Origin: an uncultured virus (IMG/VR IMGVR_UViG_3300036791_000540)
Lineage: Duplodnaviria; Heunggongvirae; Uroviricota; Caudoviricetes
Direction: 5' to 3' (one strand)
DNA: 64,000 nucleotides
Virus record (IMG/VR): IMGVR_UViG_3300036791_000540
Both the position numbers and the translations under genes were made by a program. Below are positions 46,201 through 54,629 of this stretch, in pieces (position 1 is the first letter of the stretch; every line of letters begins with the position of its first letter). The notes below the pieces were generated by a model, which made no database searches, had not been told where the DNA came from, and was given only the letters and a program-made list of their open reading frames with translations.

Positions 46201-48070
46201 CTGGCATTGCCATAGCGCCCTCGGGCGCGCCTTGGGGAACGGCGCTCGGAAAGTCTGGCGTTGTGGCCGGATCGACAACTTTGACTTGGCGGCCCATCGA
46301 CTGCGCGTAACCATTTACCATCAGCACTTGATCTTGCTGGGCCTGTGACAGGTGAGCTATCGTAGACATGTCGAACCCTCTTCGGCCCATCTCAGTGAGC
46401 GCTGCACGTCCGCGCGCCAGTCGCAGATTGTGCATCCCAGAATAGGAAGTCAGAGGCGCTAAAGCTGCGCCGATGCTAGCGCCATACATGGTACCGCTCA
46501 CAAATCCCTGAACGCCCTGACCTGTTGGTGCCAGCCCTGCGCCTAAGAGGCCGCCGACACCACCAGCAACAGCGGTGTTCGCCGCCATGTTCGTTACATA
46601 AGCAGCCGTGCCGTTCATCCATTTATGCAGATTTGTCTGGGCATAGATCCCTTTAAGTTTCCCGGTCAAGTCGTCTACCTGTTCCTGTTTGAGCCTGACT
46701 TGCTTGGCCGCTCCTGTAAGGTCATCGGATGAATAAAGATGTGTGCCGTCTGGCGCTGTTTCGGCTAAATCCGCCACCTGCTCTGGGGTAAGTCTGCCTC
46801 TCAAACGCTCGATCTGAGTGTTGAGTCTCGTGATTTCCTGACCGACTGGCTGGGCCACGGCATCAGTCACAAGCTCAATGCCCTTTGGGGCATTTAGAAA
46901 CGTTTTGACGTTACTGAGGACTTCTTCCTGAGAAAGTCCGAGGATTTTTTGCGAAATCATGCGACCGAGTGGTTTTGATAATCCGAGTTCGGCTCCAGCT
47001 CCGGTCAGCTCTAGCCCAGTCTGCAGCAAATGACCGGGTACGCCTAACGCATGAGCTGCGAGTCCAATCGCGCTGCCTTTTACGAGATATTCGGGAGCGT
47101 ACGCTAACGCGACCTTCCCCAGTTCACTGCCTGCTTGTCCTGCGCGCGATACGGCAGCAGCTATCTTTTCCGCCCCGGCAAATTCCAGAGGCAGTGGAAT
47201 AGACATGAGTGGCACCCCTTCAAGAAGCTGATACATCAAAGAGTTCGGATCTTGCCCAGTCGCCGCAGCCAGCTCGTTAGCTGCCCTTGTGATCTTGCCA
47301 GTCACCAGATCAGCGGTCGCATCATTGTCCGCCTGCCTTTTGAAATATTGCGCTTTGTAAGCCGCGTCTCCTTCTGGTGTTCCACTATGATAATATTGCG
47401 GTGGCGGCTCGAGCATGTCTGCAATGTTTGTGGCGAGCCGTCCTACTTGCGCTGGCAATTTCATCACTCCAGTCACCAGCGGGACTCCAACTGCCGGGCC
47501 TGCTGTTTCCGCACCGGTTGCTTCAGCCTCCGCCTGACTCTTTTCGCGTTCCTCTGCTGTTAACGGTGGGATAGGCTGCTTCGGCTCCTGCTGCTGCTTG
47601 TTAAAGAGATAATCGCTAACGGCGTCCGCTGAAGAATAATAAGCCTTCCCAAGCTCAGGCATAATCTGGCTGGCTCCCTCCCAGATGCGCTGCCACTTGT
47701 CTTTGCCACCATAAGCCACAAGGTTCAGCTGGCGCAGTTCTTCTGGCGTAGCCACCACCTTTCCAGCGTTCACATCGGCAATCCGCGCTACGGCGTTCTG
47801 CTGTTGTTTCTCTTCCGAATCGGGAATAGCACTTAAATCTGGCGCATTCGGGATTGACGACAAATCATACTGAGTTGGTTGCGCACCGCCAGTTGGTGGC
47901 GCTGCCGCCGTCGCCGCCCCTGCTGTTGCCGCTAGCGCGGTTGCTCCCGTTGGCCCGCCCAGAGCCGCCTGCAGTGTCGCTGCCGGTAGCGCCCCACCGC
48001 CAGCTGGTGGCGGCGAGGCCGCTGGAGGTGCGGCCTGAGCATCGGGAATCGATGATAAATCAGGAGACAT
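40208..48070 (-). CDS. 2620-aa polyvalent ejection protein (HExxH, GHKL ATPase, HExxH, GP88-like, histidine phosphatase)
   Basis: HELRH; ELLQNAFDA / DSGAGM / GGLGLA / GT; HEITH; RLNGTSD / FYDYSK / DGDTSDLRFLD; LIRHG / SDL.RA / GGES / VVTH. Confidence 0.85.
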   Translation of the reverse strand: MSPDLSSIPDAQAAPPAASPPPAGGGALPAATLQAALGGPTGATALAATAGAATAAAPPTGGAQPTQYDLSSIPNAPDLSAIPDSEEKQQQNAVARIADVNAGKVVATPEELRQLNLVAYGGKDKWQRIWEGASQIMPELGKAYYSSADAVSDYLFNKQQQEPKQPIPPLTAEEREKSQAEAEATGAETAGPAVGVPLVTGVMKLPAQVGRLATNIADMLEPPPQYYHSGTPEGDAAYKAQYFKRQADNDATADLVTGKITRAANELAAATGQDPNSLMYQLLEGVPLMSIPLPLEFAGAEKIAAAVSRAGQAGSELGKVALAYAPEYLVKGSAIGLAAHALGVPGHLLQTGLELTGAGAELGLSKPLGRMISQKILGLSQEEVLSNVKTFLNAPKGIELVTDAVAQPVGQEITRLNTQIERLRGRLTPEQVADLAETAPDGTHLYSSDDLTGAAKQVRLKQEQVDDLTGKLKGIYAQTNLHKWMNGTAAYVTNMAANTAVAGGVGGLLGAGLAPTGQGVQGFVSGTMYGASIGAALAPLTSYSGMHNLRLARGRAALTEMGRRGFDMSTIAHLSQAQQDQVLMVNGYAQSMGRQVKVVDPATTPDFPSAVPQGAPEGAMAMPANGYIDPATGDIILNKNAIGEGTAYHELRHVMQRFTGQMLREKAPEIMEPFEKAYAEASGDPNFNRQAEMDAEIGRIAMMHSPIEGFYGGERPGDHLARLARGIVNYFTDNVEYDPTLKVPYTKADIETIRQQMFKLGEHAQRQRFIEPVIQPEAGAPPGRPPPVAPPPGPPPPPAGPPLAGQAPGAVAHPADGYASVRAEAEQAYRQANPKATDDEITNAGIAAAAQAHAQVVGPDSDLITWKEDKFGKKGIWGKSADPTDPFHQMLIDSAKQPDGQPLTQQAKDNLNLIEAKMGEPVTMDYQSAPKKAQKPTKESRIEEQAAAPVAGKVAGTAPTQMATKSVVPKGFRYNLPSRTFSVHVFSPDKFVSNAAKVIEKADELGITDRTGKPFYPAGVNDPLLVQDFRDMSEHHDNGFSTEGKPITGTDKYPVTPTPGYKPERLIPRDRAELLNAMLGDTGARKGVTKEGKLKPSTPEQAAKQELARENAFLDPETGETNLTRQKMEAAGLGKLESVYETLSPEGMRRIRDEPAPDQQTLRPAGFEGDRRAFTTMGLPRPEFTAASLMPATRTPTTPEELSADIGRNKDEGVKVVASTPESETIELGMNKQQMMALVGPQMYDKPIQEVTAKELLQNAFDASRSAGATMKNPMRVDITTDPSERTITVKDSGAGMDKDIIKSAFFTVGGTYKTTDPSNTSGGLGLAKMAFMLGSDRVRLETVKDGFMHIVDASSDQIRNGTFKIDTAKTSEPNGTSVTVKIPESYTDSNGETKSIYFNEKPNFLTRPLFGPVEVALNGDVLPIGVHQTGYQPDNVFNFSWGKINVYVDPKKTEYPNFQVLSAGLHQFSLGEYEIYGSSYEDTKMPYNFVLDVRPKVKTDNPAYPFNNQREGFRGTIKDDIEAMKKYFQNQGVEQQLLEAKDVFANLKQMADIDPTENLTQEQIDRINAQYAASQKRAASAPTRRISRVDFGKENVVIHYDDGSSKTEARQKYVEKSFKPEREVDIEKTGLDVGNLDPNKPLLHNNTNAKIDEIPEAPELNTKLGNALIKFMREFGDKVGDDYEDLGRDDAGGWFGGISYDKDYRGLNMVKPFKSIWFNPGLLSSDAMHDPEAAASETLHIFIHEITHVEARSEGARFTAELANNYARLRAYEVPIEKFETSLANIYAEHWDAINDITSKLQDYNTKNRAASFKSAAALGPERPPEAEGIGEGAPPVDVPRDERVPEQGRPGAGGAAAPDPAAGPIGEILAGQAAGGGAPTAPVEQQGLQGIPPPTEGRQLMPSAHPDAIKEAAIKHEDGTVEAGASHYDITGGLERLPGTTEGFVTNNGEFLDRDEAYQRALKFRQIPPEANLAKMMGLASEDLPIPEGITPEAHAILSDPAKDLDLSKEENFGAVNRVVPVKGSTDEYTMVDSNGQRYVGQFDHSIVIEPKLEEIPPPTEGRQLMPAKVVKGQKYLTGIEQMLRGEKVAPTEEYYIPSKLLGSGQDPKTVKGEKYGYTTYIAYMAAHDKSGVINVCKFATTGPGGCVNACLANDGQGALPVGMIGRINKTKFFNYDPETYMAKLDREITNAKKNLKPGQKLSIRLNGTSDLPWEKLRFGDSQQTMMERHPDTQFYDYSKYPDVLRDIPENYHLTYSYTGKPGSEERSNKWAEKGVNTAVVFRGGMPAEYLGRPVVDGDTSDLRFLDPEGVIVGLHAKGKALRKDKAGNFIEQGEFVHDTPPDEVAIPFMTPARKGVLKKKLGEAGLEKYIDKWKDNAPKAGDLKWKRGNPLLGENPAAEEPVKGYKAGGVVEPDSGVYLIRHGCTALNEQSSKQSPDVIRGHANVPLDEKGKKQALKLGKDLAGKGIHAVYTSDLSRAVDTGAPVAQGNGAHLIPTFGLRPWDLGRHTGKPTKDVQPQMEHLIDHPDEPAEGGESFNQFKDRFLSTMHGIVHTNRDKKIAVVTHYRGTKLLGSLGKNGELDNEEFKRKDGALEPAGVQFLSLGENNKPMKGIQKHAV

Positions 48071-48071
48071 G

Positions 48072-50024
48072 TCATTGCTGCCCTTGCATGATCTTTATTG
48101 TTTGTTTGATAGTCTCTGGATTGACCAATTTTCCTTGCCGCGTAAGCTCAGCGGTTGCCGCCTGCTCGGCTGCAGATCCCGCTCCTGCCGCGCCACCTTG
48201 CGCGCCCGCGCCGCCATCTGGAGCTAATTGGCGATCAGCGAAATTTTTAATTCCCATTTTTAAGAGGATCTCCTTGCTCTTCGGAAATATTATTTTCTTC
48301 TCGTCCATTGGTTCGCCCATGACGTTTTCCCAGCCTTGGTCGTAGGTGCTTAGTCCACCACCGATGAGATCAAGCATGGTTTTTCTAACCTGATCGAATT
48401 GATCTGGAGACCTCGCGCTGTTCAGCGGCCCCTGCTGCTGGTTTATGTCGGCCTGATCTGGGGCAGCACCTCCGTTAAATGCTCTGGCTGCTTCATGCGC
48501 TACAGCATCTGAAGCCTCGTCATATGCAGGCTTCCAACGCTGGCCAGCTTCCGTTTTGAACCATTGCTGGATCGAATTGAACTTCGGATTCCAAGTGTTG
48601 TGCAGTTCCTTAGCCAATTCACTCAGTGTATTTATGTGGCTCAGCACCTGATTATAACCGCGAATGACGCCGCCTTCAGTGCCCGCTTTCTGCTGGGCGT
48701 AACCACGTAACATGAGCTTTATCCCGTCATAATACCCAGCATTGAACTTCGGGTTGATGACCGACGCGCGATTTACCATAGAATTCATCTGCGGGTTTCT
48801 CAACGCTGCGGCAGTGACTGGAGACTTGTAATAGGCAAGATTCCACACCGTCTGTTTCTGGTCTGGGTTCAAATCTCCAAGTGCAAGATTCCAGCGATCT
48901 TGCTGCGACATGTCTGGCGTGGGATTCGCTTGCAACGGGGGCATCATACCAGCTGGATGTATTGGGATCAGTTCGCCCGGCTTCGCCCCCTGACGATACA
49001 GGTTGCCCATTGAATCCTTTATGGTCTTGAATTCTGGATCTGGAAAATTCGTCGGGCGCGTCAGTGGATTGCTCCAGACCAAAATTCTTCCATTCATCTT
49101 CATCCTTATCATTTTAGTCCTCGGATCAGCTTCGATTCCACCTTCGTAATTGACCGAGCCGTCTGGCTTAAATCCGTTTTCGTAATGGATTACGCCAGAG
49201 TTATCTCTTATGTACTTCAACCCACGAGTAGAAGGCGCTGGCATGTCTCCAGTAATAGCGCCATCGAGCAGACCAGCGTTGGCAGTCATTTCGTCCGTTG
49301 CGGCGTCGTCAGTGCTACCGTCAGGGACGGCTCCTGCTCCGCCCCCTGTTCCAGCTTCAGCTTGATCCTGTAATCCTTGCAAACTCGCTGCGGTCGGCTC
49401 ACCAGCTATCAACGCGCGGCCACCCGATTCAATCTGGGGTTGGACAAGTGCATTAAGATCCGCGTGTATGATCTGGCCCGGATCTTTACCCGTGAGCATT
49501 GCTGCCTGCATTGCGGTGATTCCAAGCGGGGCTGCAGACGTGGTTCCAGACGGGATTCCAGACAATCCGCGCTCAGTTCCTGTTCTCGCCAATCGCGGAT
49601 TTGAAGTAGCTACATCAACCTGTCCGCTCCGTAAGCCACCGCCTGTGTCAACGTTCTTGGCAATAATAGGCTGGCCGTGAACGTTCATTTGGAACATTTC
49701 ACCGCTGGGCTTTCCAGCCATCGCCACGGCCACGAACGGCGAATTGCCAGCTCGGAATTGTTCCAGCGTGTGATTGCGCAGATCAACATTCGAGAACTCC
49801 CCTGCACCGTTGATGCCGCCTTCCATCCCATAACTTAGTCCTGCAGCGCGCGTCGCTTCAGGCGTCTCTGGATAATAAAACGTAGTCAGATCCGGAGTGA
49901 ACTGACGGTAATCTGGCGGCGGCGGCGGAGCGATCAGCTGATCTGGCGGAAGCTTCGGCTCTTGCAATTCATCTTCATTTGGCTGGGTTCCCAGCGTTGG
50001 TTGCGCGGCGGTGTCTCCGTTCAT
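48072..50024 (-). CDS. ejection protein with a possible 3D/DPBB peptidoglycan hydrolase domain
   Basis: VAVA...VDTGGGL...VDV motif; start MNGDT after GAGGGAGG. Confidence 0.65.
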   Translation of the reverse strand: MNGDTAAQPTLGTQPNEDELQEPKLPPDQLIAPPPPPDYRQFTPDLTTFYYPETPEATRAAGLSYGMEGGINGAGEFSNVDLRNHTLEQFRAGNSPFVAVAMAGKPSGEMFQMNVHGQPIIAKNVDTGGGLRSGQVDVATSNPRLARTGTERGLSGIPSGTTSAAPLGITAMQAAMLTGKDPGQIIHADLNALVQPQIESGGRALIAGEPTAASLQGLQDQAEAGTGGGAGAVPDGSTDDAATDEMTANAGLLDGAITGDMPAPSTRGLKYIRDNSGVIHYENGFKPDGSVNYEGGIEADPRTKMIRMKMNGRILVWSNPLTRPTNFPDPEFKTIKDSMGNLYRQGAKPGELIPIHPAGMMPPLQANPTPDMSQQDRWNLALGDLNPDQKQTVWNLAYYKSPVTAAALRNPQMNSMVNRASVINPKFNAGYYDGIKLMLRGYAQQKAGTEGGVIRGYNQVLSHINTLSELAKELHNTWNPKFNSIQQWFKTEAGQRWKPAYDEASDAVAHEAARAFNGGAAPDQADINQQQGPLNSARSPDQFDQVRKTMLDLIGGGLSTYDQGWENVMGEPMDEKKIIFPKSKEILLKMGIKNFADRQLAPDGGAGAQGGAAGAGSAAEQAATAELTRQGKLVNPETIKQTIKIMQGQQ

Positions 50025-50025
50025 A

Positions 50026-50859
50026 TTACCCTCCCTCATTTTGCCTCGCGCCCTCTGCTGGAGGTATATCCAGAAACGCGGGGCCGGTGGACAGAAGTTC
50101 GTAGGCACTTGGATCGTAAGAATATGACGGCGCTCCCGGTGGTGACGAAGTTGTCTGCGTTGGTGGCGTTGCCGAAGGCGCTGGCGCAGGCGCTGGCGGA
50201 GGCTGCACCGATGATGTTGGTGTCGCCCCGGGAGGAGCATTTTGCATTGATGGTAGTGCCTCCCGGGGAGGAGCCAACTCTAGATTTTGCGAGTCAAACA
50301 TGTCGTCAACTCTTTGCCGATGCCGATCCATCGCATCCTTTTGTTGATTTAGAAACGCTTCGGCACTGCTTGCAGGGGTGGGACGGGCGGTAGCTGGGGT
50401 TGTTCCTCCACCACTAGTTGGTTTGGGTTGGCCTTCGGGATTTAAGGTGTCATTGAAATTGTCAACGTTTCCCTGCTGCACCCCTAATTTCTGGAGCGCC
50501 AATGCTTCGGATGGATTCTTCGGCGGCCCCCACAGAGCGTTCGGGTTATTCTTATACCAGTTTAGCTGTCGTTGTAATAGCTGTCTCTGCAACGGCAGCT
50601 CCTCGATCTCGAATTGCGCTTTCTGCTGCTGCAACGGTAGCCCGTATTTCTGCATGTATTGCGATTCCGCTATAGCCTCACGCCTTTTGGCCATTGTCAG
50701 TGGATCAACAGCGTTGAGCATACTGTCCAGCCCCTTCAGCATCGAATCATACGCGTGCTGCCGGGCGTTGAGCGCCATTTGGGCAAGCTCGGGCCTAGCA
50801 TGATAAAACTGCACTGGCGGCAGCGCGATGCGATGAGATGGTAAAATATCGAATGGCAT
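50026..50859 (-). CDS. ejection/internal virion protein
   Basis: Gln/Pro-rich; in ejection-gene position. Confidence 0.6.
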   Translation of the reverse strand: MPFDILPSHRIALPPVQFYHARPELAQMALNARQHAYDSMLKGLDSMLNAVDPLTMAKRREAIAESQYMQKYGLPLQQQKAQFEIEELPLQRQLLQRQLNWYKNNPNALWGPPKNPSEALALQKLGVQQGNVDNFNDTLNPEGQPKPTSGGGTTPATARPTPASSAEAFLNQQKDAMDRHRQRVDDMFDSQNLELAPPREALPSMQNAPPGATPTSSVQPPPAPAPAPSATPPTQTTSSPPGAPSYSYDPSAYELLSTGPAFLDIPPAEGARQNEGG

Positions 50860-50864
50860 GTTAA

Positions 50865-51707
50865 TTAACCTCCGCTCCCTGTCCCTGCGTTTGATACTAG
50901 GCCACCGCCCGGGGATACGTCAGATGGCGGCGAGCTGTAATCCGCCCCGAAAAACCCGCCGCCGCCAGTGCCGCCGGGCGTGCTGCCGGGATTAAACGCG
51001 AGTCCAAGCGGGGTCTGGGTATAACCAGTCGAACTGAGCGACGGACTTGTGAAAGCTTTAATGCCCGCACCGCCTAATTGCCCGAGGGCTTGTGTCTCGG
51101 CTCCTTGCGCCTGCGCCTGCGCTGAAGCGGCGTAGCTTGATGACTGCAATGCGGCTTCATATGCCGCCTGTTGCGCCTGTGCGTTCTGTATGTCCTGCTG
51201 CCTTTTAACGCTCAGCAGATCTTCGCCGGTCAACCGCAGCTGCGGCGGGGGCCATTGCTTTAACAGAGCACTCTCGAATCCTTGGGCACGCTGCAATTGC
51301 TGCTCTGGCTTTTGACCAAGTTCACGCGCCATTTGATACGGGTCTGAACCCAAGTTCCATGTGGAACCTGCCCCGCCGCCGCCGAATGCGCCGCCAGCTC
51401 CTTGGAAAGAGGGCGCTCCGAAACCCGTTGTCAGTGCCGCTTGCGTCTGCGGATCTTGCTTCCCGGCGAAAGGTAGCGCGGCCTGCCCCATCATCGCCAG
51501 CGCGCCCGGCCCCAGATATTTCGCTTCCCAGCTCGGTGCCCCGGTGCTTTGACCAAGCCCATAGCTTCCACGCATCAGGTTCGCCCACTGATCGCCCATT
51601 GCGGCTGACTGCTGGTAAAGCGGGCCGGTCAAGCTCGTGTCTACCTGCTTCAGCTTTGGCGCAACCGGCGCGCTGCCGCCTCCTCCGCCTCCAAATAATG
51701 AGCCCAT
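50865..51707 (-). CDS. Gly-rich pilot/ejection protein, paralog 2
   Basis: Starts MGSLFGGGGGGS; Gln/Ala/Gly-rich. Confidence 0.65.
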   Translation of the reverse strand: MGSLFGGGGGGSAPVAPKLKQVDTSLTGPLYQQSAAMGDQWANLMRGSYGLGQSTGAPSWEAKYLGPGALAMMGQAALPFAGKQDPQTQAALTTGFGAPSFQGAGGAFGGGGAGSTWNLGSDPYQMARELGQKPEQQLQRAQGFESALLKQWPPPQLRLTGEDLLSVKRQQDIQNAQAQQAAYEAALQSSSYAASAQAQAQGAETQALGQLGGAGIKAFTSPSLSSTGYTQTPLGLAFNPGSTPGGTGGGGFFGADYSSPPSDVSPGGGLVSNAGTGSGG

Positions 51708-52498
51708 TAATTCTCTCCTCCAATGTAAGCTGGTTGCCCTTCGAACTTCAGGACGTTGCCAGAAACGTTCTGGATCTCGCGATTAACCAGCGGGCAAAAC
51801 ACCTTCGTATCATTGCGCGGATCGATGCAAGCGGTGCACGCCTCGAGGTAATCGTTATTGAAGTCCTTGAAATCGATCTCTTTGCGCTCCACGTAACGCG
51901 TCCCATATTGCACTGGTATCCGACGATGTTCGATGAATTCCCATAGCTCTTCGTCCAACCAGTCCTTGAGCGGAAACCCGAGGGCAGGCATCCCCTCCAT
52001 TTCAACCAGATCGGACTTCAACGGCACTGGGCCGTCGAACTGATCTATGTCGCAATTTTTGTGACCGATCAGAGCGAGGTTCCACTGATACAGAATTGAA
52101 CCCTTCGGTCGTGCCAATATCTTCAGTCCGCATTGAAAGTTTTTGGCGGGCGGCAAGATGTTTACCGGGATATCGATGGATTGGCCTTCCTCCGGCCCCA
52201 TCTGATAACGGTGAACGATCTCCAGCCGATCTGGCTTGACCTTTATCCCGCTTGTAATCGGCAGGTAATCGTAGACCTCTAGGTTCCATAATTTGATGAT
52301 GCTCTGGGCCCATTCGTTCTTCCAAGGCTCCCACGGGACGCCGTGATATATCACTGGAATCCTTTTTTTAATGATCCTGAAAATGATGAAGAGCATCACC
52401 ATCGAGTCTTTGCCGAACGACGACATTACAACCGGCTGATCGAATTTTTCGAAAAATTCGGTCAACCTGCCAATCGTGTTATCGAGTCTGGTCATCAT
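51707..52498 (-). CDS. PAPS-reductase-family PP-loop protein
   Basis: SSFGKDS, IGHK..D, FPL.DW...ELWEFI....IP, C-terminal CxxC...CP. Confidence 0.85.
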   Translation of the reverse strand: MMTRLDNTIGRLTEFFEKFDQPVVMSSFGKDSMVMLFIIFRIIKKRIPVIYHGVPWEPWKNEWAQSIIKLWNLEVYDYLPITSGIKVKPDRLEIVHRYQMGPEEGQSIDIPVNILPPAKNFQCGLKILARPKGSILYQWNLALIGHKNCDIDQFDGPVPLKSDLVEMEGMPALGFPLKDWLDEELWEFIEHRRIPVQYGTRYVERKEIDFKDFNNDYLEACTACIDPRNDTKVFCPLVNREIQNVSGNVLKFEGQPAYIGGEN

Positions 52499-52500
52499 GG

Positions 52501-53121
52501 TTAGTAGGCTGCGGCGGCTGAGCCTATCACGCTGGTTATGGCACCCAGCGTTGAAGCCCCTTGGCTCGCCGCCAGTCCTTGGTTCTGGTAGTAAGCTTGC
52601 GTTTGTCCCGCGAATTTCTGCTCCAGATAATTGTTCATCTGGGTATTGTTAAAGGTGAAGATGTTGGCGGCGTCCTCCGGCGTCATCCCATATGCGCGAG
52701 GCGCAAATGTGGCATTAAGATTTTCAAAGACCGACCTGTTGTAATCCTGATAGCCTTGCTCGTTGCTCGCTACGGTGGCTGCAGCTGCGTTCCGCGCCAA
52801 ACTACCTTTGGAAAGTCCAAACCCTTGATCGCCAGTTCCCAGTGCGTTCGCCGATTGCATGTTGCCTGTGTTAACAAAAGTGTTCTCCAGACTCGGGTTG
52901 AGCGGCCCAGTGAGCGCTTGGTAAGCTTGCCCGATCATCTGGTCGCGCGCCTGCGTCAGCTGCGGATAATATATACTGTTGTAAAGATCGGTTTGGGCGT
53001 AACCCGCCTGATCCGCAGCGACCATTTCGCTCTCCATCTGTTGCGGATTGATCTTGAGCGGTTTCGGCGGGTTCGGCGCTTGTGTGCTGCCACCGCCACC
53101 GCCTCCAAAAATTGAGCCCAT
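52501..53121 (-). CDS. Gly-rich pilot/ejection protein, paralog 1
   Basis: Starts MGSIFGGGGGGS; hydrophobic C-terminus. Confidence 0.65.
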   Translation of the reverse strand: MGSIFGGGGGGSTQAPNPPKPLKINPQQMESEMVAADQAGYAQTDLYNSIYYPQLTQARDQMIGQAYQALTGPLNPSLENTFVNTGNMQSANALGTGDQGFGLSKGSLARNAAAATVASNEQGYQDYNRSVFENLNATFAPRAYGMTPEDAANIFTFNNTQMNNYLEQKFAGQTQAYYQNQGLAASQGASTLGAITSVIGSAAAAY

Positions 53122-53133
53122 TTGTTTACTTCT

Positions 53134-53526
53134 TCATGGCAAAGACTGCCAAATAATTTTGCCCGTGTCTTTGAAACCGAGCTTCTCCAAGATCTCCCTT
53201 TTGACCGCCAACGCCTTCGGCAACGCCAACAAGCAAGTGCCATTGGGGAATCTGTCCGAGATTGAGTTTAAGCAAAAATGCTGCTTTAAAGCGTATGCGG
53301 CATCGTAGAAATCGCGCGGGGTACAAACATCCGGGTGGAAGGCCGGAGCAAAGATCGGCAGGGATATTACATTGAAATACCCGAAAAGGTAAGAACCGCG
53401 CGAAATCGTATAGATAGGAAAAATAGAATCGTTCCCAACATGGTGATCGAACGATTCCGCGAACTTCTTCAGCGACTGAAGTGCTTCTTCTGTCCGTATC
53501 AGACCGAAAGTGATGTGTTCTCTCAC
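53134..53526 (-). CDS. possible GNAT-fold protein
   Basis: 130 aa; beta hairpin IYTISRGSYLFGYF and C-terminal LEKLGF; position before the pilot proteins. Confidence 0.45.
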   Translation of the reverse strand: MREHITFGLIRTEEALQSLKKFAESFDHHVGNDSIFPIYTISRGSYLFGYFNVISLPIFAPAFHPDVCTPRDFYDAAYALKQHFCLNSISDRFPNGTCLLALPKALAVKREILEKLGFKDTGKIIWQSLP

Positions 53527-54623
53527 GGCGGCTGACCTCCCGTTCCCAGAGTAGTGTTATGAATGCCGCCGCCGCCGCTTATTGCCACTGTGATAGGCCC
53601 GAATGGCGGCACCACGTTGCCAGCAACGGATTTCATGTCAGTGCCAATGTATTTAACGGTGACCGTGGCAGTCCTCGCCATCGCGTTCGCCACGCTTACG
53701 TCCACCGTTACTCCTGAGTATGTCGCGCTGGTAACATTGACCTGAGTTCCATTGACGAGAACCACGAAATCACTCGCTGCAAGCGAGCCGCCCGCCAGAA
53801 CAGCGTTCATTGTAATATCGATCTCGTTGGCCTGCCCTGAAGCAGACACAGGCGCTGGCAGTGTGTGGTCAGATCCGACCGTTATTTGGTGGTTCTTCGA
53901 AGCCAGTTCTCCAAATGCAATTCCACCACAAATGTAGATGCGGACATGGTCTATCACACGGAATCCCGAAATTCCGGGACTCAACGTCGGGGCTGCCGTT
54001 CCGTTCTCAAAAAAAACACCGGGAAAGCTTATCGTAAAAGTGCTGCCCTGAGTCGGGTTCTCCAGCCAAAAATCTTGTATCATGCCGTCCTTGTTATTAT
54101 AAATTCGAACGGTCACGTTGCCGGTCATAATGATGTAGACCGGTTGATGGCTGACGTTCCAGTCGACGTTGACGGTGCTCATCCCGCTGAAGGTCTGCGA
54201 ACCCAGCTGCTGTATGATATCGCTGAAGAGCGCCATCGTCCCGCTGGCATCCGGTGTCGTAATTGTCTGGTTTGCAGCTACAGCGCCGCACACAATGTTG
54301 CTCGTCCGCAAAGCGCCATTCACAAATTGTCCACAGACCACCGGGATGGGCAGATATGACGCGGCGTCGGTGTTGTAATCGTTCCAGTAACCCATCCCTC
54401 CCAACGGGTTGCCAAACCACAGGCCAGCCTGACTATCACTTCCCGGCAGCGGCCCGTTGGGCTGGTTCCCGCCAAGTTGTCCCCATAGGATGTTGCCCCC
54501 AGACACCGTGGCCGTCATCCGCGCCACGATGGCGTTGAAATACGTCTGGCCGTTGTAGACCGCTCCGGTTGGAAGCGTCCCGGCCACTATGGTTAGTTGC
54601 AGAGGTGGAGCAGTGGTAGCCAT
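53523..54623 (-). CDS. tail needle/fibre-like protein
   Basis: TITTPDASGTMAL motif and C-terminal Ig-like domain. Confidence 0.6.
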   Translation of the reverse strand: MATTAPPLQLTIVAGTLPTGAVYNGQTYFNAIVARMTATVSGGNILWGQLGGNQPNGPLPGSDSQAGLWFGNPLGGMGYWNDYNTDAASYLPIPVVCGQFVNGALRTSNIVCGAVAANQTITTPDASGTMALFSDIIQQLGSQTFSGMSTVNVDWNVSHQPVYIIMTGNVTVRIYNNKDGMIQDFWLENPTQGSTFTISFPGVFFENGTAAPTLSPGISGFRVIDHVRIYICGGIAFGELASKNHQITVGSDHTLPAPVSASGQANEIDITMNAVLAGGSLAASDFVVLVNGTQVNVTSATYSGVTVDVSVANAMARTATVTVKYIGTDMKSVAGNVVPPFGPITVAISGGGGIHNTTLGTGGQPP

Positions 54624-54629
54624 GTGATT

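Noticed and set aside
50025..50240. N-terminal extension of the 722-aa ORF
   Set aside because: Overlaps the upstream gene in another frame; a strong SD precedes the ATG at 50024
51707..52498. cysH sulfate-assimilation auxiliary gene
   Set aside because: No C-terminal ECG[LI]H motif and no other sulfur genes; only family-level assignment is supported
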